Of a stretch of 64,000 nt of DNA, positions 57,001 to 64,000 are shown piece by piece. Source of the DNA: a virus; IMG/VR virus record IMGVR_UViG_3300007735_000793, positions 1 to 64,000 of that record. One strand, 5' to 3'. The notes beneath the pieces are model-generated. The model had not been told where the DNA came from. It ran no database searches and saw only the letters and a program-made list of their open reading frames with translations. How positions within the stretch are numbered: position 1 is the first letter of the stretch; the number at the start of each line of letters is the position of its first letter. A program made the position numbers and the translations under genes.

Positions 57001-58995
57001 TGCTATTGCAAATATTTCAGTATTACTACCAGTATCAAACCCACCCTTAAATGAGTTTATTACACTTCCCGTTCTATCTACTTTTAGTATTCTTCCAGCA
57101 GAACCTGAGTATTGTGTGAACGCCCCACCCAAATAAACCGAACCGCTGTTACCTGTTTCGGTTGATACATATATCGTATTTACCCTACCATCTAACTCAC
57201 CATGCTCTTTAAAGTTAGATGCTATCGTTCCATCAGATTTTAACCTAACAAAGTATTTAACATCCTTTGAACCTGAATATTGTGTAAATTCCCCACCAAC
57301 GTAAATATCACTACTACCGGAAGCAAATTGAATTGCTCTAACAGCCCCATTAAATCCTTTACCGGGATTAAATCCGGTATCAATAGAACCACTCAAATTC
57401 AATCTGATTATTCCATTGTAACTTCTACCTAAATATCGTTCAAATTGACCACCAACATATATGTGGTTACTACCCGATTGTAATAAAGCAAATACTGTCC
57501 CATCAACATTAAACCCAAGCTCATTAAATATTTGCAATTTTGTGCTTGGATTATAAGTTCCAATACCTACATTTTCATAGTTGTAATCATATGTAAGGTC
57601 ATACGAACCTTCAAAAGCATCACTATTATTGTATTGAATTGATTTATCAGGTTGAGCAGGACTACCCATAATGGCCTCTTCAACCAAAAAATCATATATT
57701 ACAATATTGCTATCCGATATATCCTCTTCAATATTTTCAAACTCCACCTTAAAATCGTAAGCAGTATTTCGTCTAAAGTTTTTTACATTGGCGTAAAATG
57801 AAACACTTTCTTCATTTGAAAATAAAGTAGTAGAACCACCAAACTCAAAATCACTTACATTAAATGATGGTCTATAATAAACCTTTACCCTATCTACATT
57901 ACCCCCTAATGGATTTATACCATCAACAGTTACTAAAATGGTGGGGTTTTCAAATGGTGAGTCCGTATAACTGCCCGTAGAAACATACCTAATTACCCAT
58001 TCAGCATCTTTGAATTCAGTAAAATATGTCCGGTTTCGTTCCTCGCCCCCCACATAATTGGATGCTGTCAATGGATAGGATATACTCAATGTAGAGTAAT
58101 CATCCACCGATAAAATTGAAGCAGTAAAACTTACAGGTTTTGTTATGTATTCAGGTAAACTATCAGGCTTTAATGAGTTGTACGCAGTAGTGGATTGTGA
58201 TAGGTTTATCTCAATTGTCCCACCCGTCATCTTACCTACAAGGTTTTGAGCAAATACTAAACTTGCGGTATTATTTACTAATGCTCTTTTTCTGAATGTT
58301 AATTTGGGGAAATCCGACTGATATGGTGAATATGTATTAGTTCTAACATTACCCGTCGTTCCCAACCCAGCATTATAATCATACGATACCAATATGGGTG
58401 ATAAATCGTTTGAACCGGTATCCCTAAAACTTTGGGTAGTTAATAGTATTGATTCGCTTAAAAGCTCTACTTTTTTATAGTAGTTGGTTACTTCTTCTAA
58501 TTTTACTTTTGGTAGTTCATTTCCCAAAAATATTATTTTTGAAGGGGATTTCTTTTCCCTCGTTACAGGTATTTCCCTAACCCATCTAATGTTTACCTTA
58601 TTTTTCCATTCATTGGGTATGGGTCTACCATCTACCGTTTGTTGCGCAATTCCGCAAATTATTACCTTACCAAGCCCATTTGGTGTGTTAATATTACCAT
58701 TTGTATCATTATAAACCCAAACGGATATATATCTCGTTAAATCGGGCTCTGAATAATTGGGTAGTTCGTGATAAATGGTATTACCATTGACATCTAATAC
58801 CTCAACATATATAGGAGAACCAGGTAGTAAATTACCTGAATTACCTTTTAATCTAACTAAATTTTTACCATTTCCAAAATAGGATGGAAATTCAGTTATG
58901 TTAAAGTAACCTTTAGAATCTAATGATGTGTCTTGTATTAATACCGGTAATCTGTCAAGACCTAATTTAGATTTTCTTTTATATTGTAAACCCAT
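54097..58995 (-). CDS. Large virion structural protein (baseplate/fibre-associated) with delta-60-like propeller repeats
   Basis: YFNITEFP..GKN..IYVEVLDVNG N-domain; repeated [IL]Y[VI]GG.F..YSG blades; two ISASLFSGSS Ig-like repeats. Confidence 0.65.
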   Translation of the reverse strand: MGLQYKRKSKLGLDRLPVLIQDTSLDSKGYFNITEFPSYFGNGKNLVRLKGNSGNLLPGSPIYVEVLDVNGNTIYHELPNYSEPDLTRYISVWVYNDTNGNINTPNGLGKVIICGIAQQTVDGRPIPNEWKNKVNIRWVREIPVTREKKSPSKIIFLGNELPKVKLEEVTNYYKKVELLSESILLTTQSFRDTGSNDLSPILVSYDYNAGLGTTGNVRTNTYSPYQSDFPKLTFRKRALVNNTASLVFAQNLVGKMTGGTIEINLSQSTTAYNSLKPDSLPEYITKPVSFTASILSVDDYSTLSISYPLTASNYVGGEERNRTYFTEFKDAEWVIRYVSTGSYTDSPFENPTILVTVDGINPLGGNVDRVKVYYRPSFNVSDFEFGGSTTLFSNEESVSFYANVKNFRRNTAYDFKVEFENIEEDISDSNIVIYDFLVEEAIMGSPAQPDKSIQYNNSDAFEGSYDLTYDYNYENVGIGTYNPSTKLQIFNELGFNVDGTVFALLQSGSNHIYVGGQFERYLGRSYNGIIRLNLSGSIDTGFNPGKGFNGAVRAIQFASGSSDIYVGGEFTQYSGSKDVKYFVRLKSDGTIASNFKEHGELDGRVNTIYVSTETGNSGSVYLGGAFTQYSGSAGRILKVDRTGSVINSFKGGFDTGSNTEIFAIAGYNPNLHLYVGGTFTSYSGSSDYQYGNGGILKINNNGSVITTFNQSSSISGGTSGSAVYTIYNPYIAPDEYLYIGGNFTKYSGSVEYKMTSLNPGNGSIRTDWNQSGDFWDLIKDRPNNSIRTIHFIGNTSAKLLVGGSFTAGTSISFTPPAKNLVVMDFNGGLSNDYIRSLFPSPTQAGDNSIFTSIKLSDSASIIGGSFSKYRVGGTPGATTTGQLVNSDKIIIIETPSLAPYTSSYSGFFDFRNRDRDAFFISSSIGTFIGSQSVLWPQVSDNPFVIKNSGDVGIGTSNPQQKIHIEGGVIARLPKVQQPWVILYNSQSGVFTYGTASAEVSSTPPDFNIICQPITDNNSFNRCRFPNESDDYNLTFGFSLSSAPSPIPSITVISASLFSGSSQIWSIDNQSYSSLPITWTISTSSIGNVTYRFIVTASYTSEVTNPTAWRTLECGPTPFTITPPANLAIACELTQTGFLPTRHNRELDDYNLVAKFRRTNNPWQSPCTNPTNITLISASLFSGSSKIWETGSVNYLNTLFNSLLSIHTLPTQSFGSVTHTLQVTASLSESRFDSTTWARCSSVLTLNVSERPCPNPATFNPATFVNYNTNFQLGTPPSELGGDIRYMAVELGLSGSIGVTASIYNTNQSEWPTNTTGYQFRNLSPWTQQYRKDNITTQNLQRNFNTIAGNEYRYLLNLTGLYSGSLGNTQTSSLNIPIDTTYPYNPTFPRATSTNRSYLKILISSSYTSSANSTGVPYFNLNQPPKICNDFTETVNINKTISLRWGVLPAATGNVTNAITLYFTEQSLLDVKRWDIRLGGHPDITGSIFYNLVNWTYSGAGNEDPGYASTPNSNRGKIVYTHNQSDPTLGIVNNQKYYFSGITPYPNNTHSNNLRVFWPDFSGDGSKWLYIIVNENINLDNSWQSGGTPNKNAWTVPGYAGVVSPFKYYIFQDTQAQLSNQTGMYFNYYLKFS

Positions 58996-59011
58996 TAAAT
59001 ACTCCCATATA

Positions 59012-62000
59012 CTATAAGTATTTTATAGAAGAAAAAGAGTTTATTTTGTTTATATCAATAATTTCATCCACCATATCCCGCGTTTTATCTATGTGTGATA
59101 TTGTGATAATAAAATCAAATTGGGTTTTTAAATAATCAAATAGTAAATACAAAGAATTGAAGTTATCAGTATCCAGCGAACCAAACCCCTCATCAATAGC
59201 AATAAAGTTTGGTCGAGGTAAGTTAGATACATTGATTAAAGCAGTTCTAATTGCAATTGAACTTACAAACTTTTCCATACCACTTGTCAACTCCAATGGC
59301 CAATACTTATCATCACCATAACAAATATAGGAATTGATGTTTTTACCATCAGTATCTAATATAATCTGAAAATCAGTAATAGGTTGTAATATGTTGTTTA
59401 TTTCCACCTCCAATTTTGGTAGTATCTCCGATATCAACCCATATGGTATACCATCTCGCTTAACCGCTGATAAGTAATACTCATACCCCATATATTTTAA
59501 TTCCATCACAGACAGCTTTTGAATAGAGGTATTTACATTTTGAATGGTGTTTTGCTGAACCTTTAACTCACCCATTAGGTTTATAAGATTGTTTGTTATT
59601 TCTTTGAATTCACGCTCCAACTTACTCCTATCGGATTTTAATGATGTTATTTCATCATTTAATTTTTTGTTTAATTCCAACGATTTCTCTTGCTTTTTAG
59701 CCAATTCAATTTTATGGGTTATCTTATCATACTTTGATTGTAAATCGATATAATCACTTCGAAAATCGGTTACTTGGGAAATCAACGAATAATACTTTCG
59801 GTTTACCTGCTCTTCCTTTTCTTTAACCTGATTTACTTTATCCAAATCAGATTTAACATTATACCCACTTTGCTCCAATTTCAAATTATCCACTTCCGCA
59901 TTTAATTGTTTTATTTTTTGCTCAATATCCACAATCTTTGCCTCTAATTGAAGGCTTTGTTTAGCAAATGGGGTATTTTTGTTTTTAACGCAATGTTCAC
60001 AATTATCATCATAAGTAAAACAACCAATACCATCCAAATGCTTTTTGTTGTGTGATAGTTCTAACTCTAATTTTGTAATTGTGTTTTTAGCTAGTGTTAT
60101 ATCCCTTTCCAATGATTGAAACTTAAAATCTTTTTGTTTTAATTCTTCCAAATTGTATTGGGTGTAAAACTCTGCAATTCGGGTGCGTTTTTCCTCTAAA
60201 GGTGATATCTGCTCTTCAATATCTCTGATGGAAATACTAACCGATTTAACATCTCTATTGCAATTATCCAACTCACGCCGTAAACTATCTAAATCCAACG
60301 AATTATCAACAACAACCAATTTAGTTGCTTTATCTTCAATCTTTTGGGTTATATCTGATATCTTATCACCCCACTCCAACTTATTGCTTTCTAATGTAGC
60401 AATAGAGCCGGTTATGGATTGAACGGCTAATTCAGCATTCGCCAATTTGGTAGGAAAGTCCTGCCCCTTATATTCTTTCAATAAGGTTGATAATTCTTTT
60501 ATTTCCTCACTTGCTACCGAATACAATTGTTCAAAAACATCCATATCCAAAAATTGCGCAAGTAACTCTTTCCGTTCCTTTTGCGATTTATCAATAAACC
60601 CACTATTGTTGAATTGCGTTGATAGCGCCGTCAATATAAAATCATCATATGTCCCAACATATTGTCTGATAACGGAATTAGTATCACGCCTTTCATCACC
60701 ATTCAAACTTTGATTGTTACCTTCCTCATCTATATAGTAAAATTGAGTATCAACCTTTACTGCCCCCTTTTTTGATTTAGTTGCGCTTCTTTCAATTACA
60801 TAATCCAACCCATTTAACTCAAAAGTAAACTTGCAATAAAAATCCTTTTTTGAGTAATTCATCACATCCCCCGCTTTTGATGTGCGGGAACATTTATCAA
60901 AGATGCAAAAAGCAAGGGAGTCCCATAAAGAGGATTTACCACTGGCATTCGGTGCGAACACACCATATGCTCCTTTCATATTTTGAAAGTTTATATAATT
61001 ATCCTCACCATAAGAAAACATATTGGAAAACTCAAAACTCTTTGGTATCCAAACTGAATTACGAACCCCATATGGATTTACTATCTTTGTATTTATATCA
61101 GCGTTTATGCCTTTAACAACTTCAATGGTTTCCTCATCCACTCCAAACTTCGATGTTAGATAATCTATCAATAATTTGTTTTGAAACCCAACATCCCGTA
61201 CATTTTGTAAAATAATTTGTTGTGAGTGCCCACCACCCAAATTAGAAATAACCTTTTGAATACTTAACTCTTCAACCTTATACTTCTTTTTTAGACCTGA
61301 TATAACCTTGTTTAGCTGCGATGTTTGAGTTTCTTTCACCCGTAATCTTAATCTTGGTTTTGGTGGTATGTAATTATCAGATATAATCTTACCATCTTCA
61401 ACATCTACCGTAGCATACCCATAATCATTATGTATTGTAACAAATTGCGATGTTTTACTATCCACATCCCACACTAAAATACCATGATGAGGGTAAACTG
61501 CTTCTGAATGGTTTTGGACAATTAACGAACCAGGATACTTCACAGTATCCACACCAGCAACCGAATTATTGGGAACATGAATATCACCCAAAAGAGTTAA
61601 ATCATATTCTGAAAAACTCATAGTTGTTACATTCTTATTATCAATAACAAATCCATGCTCCGTTTGTATTCCATCAACAGCACCATGATAAAGAGCAATC
61701 TTTGTTAGATTGTTATTGGGTGGTGATGGAAATCCCTTATCACTATCAAAAACCGATTTGTGGGTGAATGAAATATCACCATAAATGAACTCAACAGTAT
61801 CTTTGTAGTAGTATAAGTTTGGATGATTTAATGCGTTTACAATTGGTGTAAGAGCATCTAATCGAGTTGGATTATTTAGGTTAGCATCGTGATTGCCGGG
61901 AATTAAAATAGTTGGTAAAATATCGGAAAGCGATTTTAAGAAGTTTTGGGTCATGTCCACAACCTCCGGTGTCATATCCGTTTTAGCATGAACAATATCA

Positions 62001-62146
62001 CCTGCTAACACAATTATAGAACTCTCATCCTTTTCTGATTTTATGTAATCATACAATCTATTAAAGACCTCAATATACTCTTTATGCCGTTTCAAGTTTC
62101 TGATATGAACATCAGCTATATGAAATATTTTCTTTATTTGTTTCAT
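59012..62146 (-). CDS. Fused SbcD-SbcC (Mre11-Rad50 / gp47-gp46-like) recombination nuclease-ATPase
   Basis: HIADVH, GDIVH, GNHD, GDIH phosphoesterase; APNASGKS Walker A, coiled coils with CEHC hook, LTSGME, IAIDEGFGSLD. Confidence 0.92.
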   Translation of the reverse strand: MKQIKKIFHIADVHIRNLKRHKEYIEVFNRLYDYIKSEKDESSIIVLAGDIVHAKTDMTPEVVDMTQNFLKSLSDILPTILIPGNHDANLNNPTRLDALTPIVNALNHPNLYYYKDTVEFIYGDISFTHKSVFDSDKGFPSPPNNNLTKIALYHGAVDGIQTEHGFVIDNKNVTTMSFSEYDLTLLGDIHVPNNSVAGVDTVKYPGSLIVQNHSEAVYPHHGILVWDVDSKTSQFVTIHNDYGYATVDVEDGKIISDNYIPPKPRLRLRVKETQTSQLNKVISGLKKKYKVEELSIQKVISNLGGGHSQQIILQNVRDVGFQNKLLIDYLTSKFGVDEETIEVVKGINADINTKIVNPYGVRNSVWIPKSFEFSNMFSYGEDNYINFQNMKGAYGVFAPNASGKSSLWDSLAFCIFDKCSRTSKAGDVMNYSKKDFYCKFTFELNGLDYVIERSATKSKKGAVKVDTQFYYIDEEGNNQSLNGDERRDTNSVIRQYVGTYDDFILTALSTQFNNSGFIDKSQKERKELLAQFLDMDVFEQLYSVASEEIKELSTLLKEYKGQDFPTKLANAELAVQSITGSIATLESNKLEWGDKISDITQKIEDKATKLVVVDNSLDLDSLRRELDNCNRDVKSVSISIRDIEEQISPLEEKRTRIAEFYTQYNLEELKQKDFKFQSLERDITLAKNTITKLELELSHNKKHLDGIGCFTYDDNCEHCVKNKNTPFAKQSLQLEAKIVDIEQKIKQLNAEVDNLKLEQSGYNVKSDLDKVNQVKEKEEQVNRKYYSLISQVTDFRSDYIDLQSKYDKITHKIELAKKQEKSLELNKKLNDEITSLKSDRSKLEREFKEITNNLINLMGELKVQQNTIQNVNTSIQKLSVMELKYMGYEYYLSAVKRDGIPYGLISEILPKLEVEINNILQPITDFQIILDTDGKNINSYICYGDDKYWPLELTSGMEKFVSSIAIRTALINVSNLPRPNFIAIDEGFGSLDTDNFNSLYLLFDYLKTQFDFIITISHIDKTRDMVDEIIDINKINSFSSIKYL

Positions 62147-63081
62147 TTCACCCCAAACATTTTATACTCCACCAAACTTAAAAAATTCAACGAAGGTGTG
62201 TCATATATCATTGTATTTATCTTATCATACCCCACTTCAGAGGCATCCCCCCTATCTAACCTAACCATATGAGTTGTTATACCATAATTCATCAACTTTT
62301 CACATATATCAATTCCGGCTCTTAAAGCATCCGAATCCAAACAAACATATACTTTGGAAACACTCTTACTAACCAATTTGCTTTCTAATTTTTGGGGTAT
62401 GGTTTTACCAAATAATGGTATGGCATTCCTACGAATGGTAATAGCATCAAAAACACCCTCACACAAAACAATCGGTTCTTTCCAATTAACAAACAACTCA
62501 AACCCAATAACATCTTTCGATACCTTTGGATTTTTGTATTTCATAGGCCCATCATAAATTGCTCTACTAACAAAATAGTTTAATACCCCCTCACTATCAT
62601 ATGAAGGTATGATAATCCGATTACTATACTCACCATCCTCACAATACCCAATATTGTATTTCACAATATCGCCCGGTCTAATACCTCTATTCAAAACATA
62701 GTTAATAGCGTGTAAATATGTTGGTGATTTTCTACTTTCCCACAAGGGTAAAAATTCTTCCGGCAATTGAAGTAGGGGTGTATATGTTGGCTGAACATCC
62801 GTTTGGGGTGTATACCTTTTAACATTTTTGAAAATAGAGTTATACTCATCCCATATTTGAGGAGATACATTCAGCTTTTTAAATAATGAACGAATTGTTT
62901 TTCCCTTTGCATCAGATATCCAACAATGCCATGGGTTATCACCACCCATTTTTACATTTATCTCAAGCTTTGGTTTGTAATGTTCCGCAAATGGAGAGTA
63001 AAAAGCATAATTATCCCCAGTGGTTTTTTTACTTTTACCCAAAACTCGTTCCAATAACTCAACTAATCTTTCTTCTGCCAT
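62143..63081 (-). CDS. DNA primase (TOPRIM)
   Basis: RIIIPSY..YFVSR, KYKNP, LCEGVFDA, CLDSDA, DASE. Confidence 0.88.
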   Translation of the reverse strand: MAEERLVELLERVLGKSKKTTGDNYAFYSPFAEHYKPKLEINVKMGGDNPWHCWISDAKGKTIRSLFKKLNVSPQIWDEYNSIFKNVKRYTPQTDVQPTYTPLLQLPEEFLPLWESRKSPTYLHAINYVLNRGIRPGDIVKYNIGYCEDGEYSNRIIIPSYDSEGVLNYFVSRAIYDGPMKYKNPKVSKDVIGFELFVNWKEPIVLCEGVFDAITIRRNAIPLFGKTIPQKLESKLVSKSVSKVYVCLDSDALRAGIDICEKLMNYGITTHMVRLDRGDASEVGYDKINTMIYDTPSLNFLSLVEYKMFGVK

Positions 63082-63673
63082 GTCTTAAATCGTAAGTATA
63101 AATATGTTTTGGTAAGTTAGTAATTATTTTTATGTTTTTATCCCCCTCCTTATATCGCCGGTTTATCTCAACCCCATATGGTCTATCCAACATAGAAAGC
63201 GTTCTGATGTGAAATGATTTACCATCTACCTCCAACGATTTTGAAGGTGATGTTTCACCCAAATAATTGAAATTGGAAGCGCGATAGATAACCCCACTAT
63301 GCCCCTGATTTTGGTCTGCATAACTTATTACATACTCCCAATCCGTATTTTTCTTTAACCACTTAATTGTTTTAGATATGAAATACGATTCAGCATTCTT
63401 TGGTGTATCATCCACTAAACACAACCTCCGCAATTCCAAAACCTTATTGGGGTTTGATGGATGATATGTCTGCCCAGCAGATGGGCCGGCAGGACGAGTG
63501 TAAATACAAACTCCAATTATTTGAGGCATTCCAAAGTTTCCATCCCTAAGTAAAATAAAAGCATGTTTTGTTTGTATATTCACATAATCGGAATAATGCC
63601 ATTTTTTCAAAAAAGCACGAACATTATCATTAAATGTGGTATGTTCTACTTTATATGCCTTTACTAATCCCAT
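63059..63673 (-). CDS. Mom-like (GNAT-fold) DNA adenine-modification protein; start revised to 63673
   Basis: KWHYS, ELRRLC..PKNAESYFISK, ISYAD..GHSGVIYRASNF.YLG, KHIY. Confidence 0.75.
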   Translation of the reverse strand: MGLVKAYKVEHTTFNDNVRAFLKKWHYSDYVNIQTKHAFILLRDGNFGMPQIIGVCIYTRPAGPSAGQTYHPSNPNKVLELRRLCLVDDTPKNAESYFISKTIKWLKKNTDWEYVISYADQNQGHSGVIYRASNFNYLGETSPSKSLEVDGKSFHIRTLSMLDRPYGVEINRRYKEGDKNIKIITNLPKHIYTYDLRHGRRKIS

Positions 63674-63701
63674 AATACCCAACATACAAAATAAAAGTGA
63701 A

Positions 63702-64000
63702 TTATCCAAACAAAAATGTTTTGGGTTCTTCTGATACCCATTCCAATGGTATCTCTTTTGCAGCCCACTTAAATCCATTTTTATCGGCCCACATTCCATA
63801 TGTAGTTTTTGAGTTTTTTGCTAATTTTGCGTTGGGGTTCTGAAACACAAATCTAATATCTAATTCCGGTTTTTGATTTTGTATCAATAAATGCTTTTTT
63901 CTGTCTGATAAAGTAAACCTACCCTTTGTTTCTATGAAAATACCATTAGGTAATCTAAAATCAGGCTTATATGTGTGATTGGTCGCAGGCTTGGTATATC
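63702..64000 (-). CDS. T7 endonuclease I-like Holliday junction resolvase, 5' end off the window
   Basis: Manual extension: HTYKPDFRLPNGIFIETKGRF..DRKKHLLI..PELDIRFVF..TTYGMWADKNGF. Confidence 0.9.
   Translation of the reverse strand, partial: YTKPATNHTYKPDFRLPNGIFIETKGRFTLSDRKKHLLIQNQKPELDIRFVFQNPNAKLAKNSKTTYGMWADKNGFKWAAKEIPLEWVSEEPKTFLFG

Noticed and set aside
465-63095. All plus-strand ORFs in the track, plus nested minus-strand ORFs 24249-24467 and 53341-53580
   Set aside because: Shadows of long, motif-bearing minus-strand genes; no recognisable domains or start signals
1-64000. Alternative genetic code (TAG/TGA recoding)
   Set aside because: Conserved genes are intact in code 11 and TAG/TGA end genes at expected positions; the gene breaks are explained by split inteins

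Overview
A 64-kb segment of a large AT-rich T4-like myovirus ('huge phage' type, probably Bacteroidota-infecting). Essentially all real genes are on the minus strand in standard code 11. Read in transcription order (right to left), it holds the end of a DNA-metabolism block (T7-endonuclease-I-like resolvase, Mom-like modifier, primase, fused SbcD-SbcC), ~23 kb of fibre/adhesin genes, putative head-packaged proteins, terminase, portal, prohead protease, ribosomal protein bS21, scaffold, major capsid, PhoH, a further fibre, three LamG lectins, neck proteins, tail terminator and tail sheath. Main observations: (1) a candidate phage dockerin-cohesin 'plug-and-socket' system, with four proteins ending in an Ig+dockerin module and two long fibres starting with a cohesin-like domain, each cohesin gene directly after a dockerin gene; (2) three inteins within 11 kb: an atypically split TerL intein around a free-standing endonuclease, a conventionally split intein directly after the catalytic Lys of an RNA-ligase-like domain fused to a HIGH nucleotidyltransferase, and a contiguous intein in a tiny domain of unknown function; (3) a recurrent upstream motif TATTTAT, two structured 5' leaders and an A9 tract that frameshifts a probable single gene. 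All family assignments come from motif recognition by eye; no searches were run.
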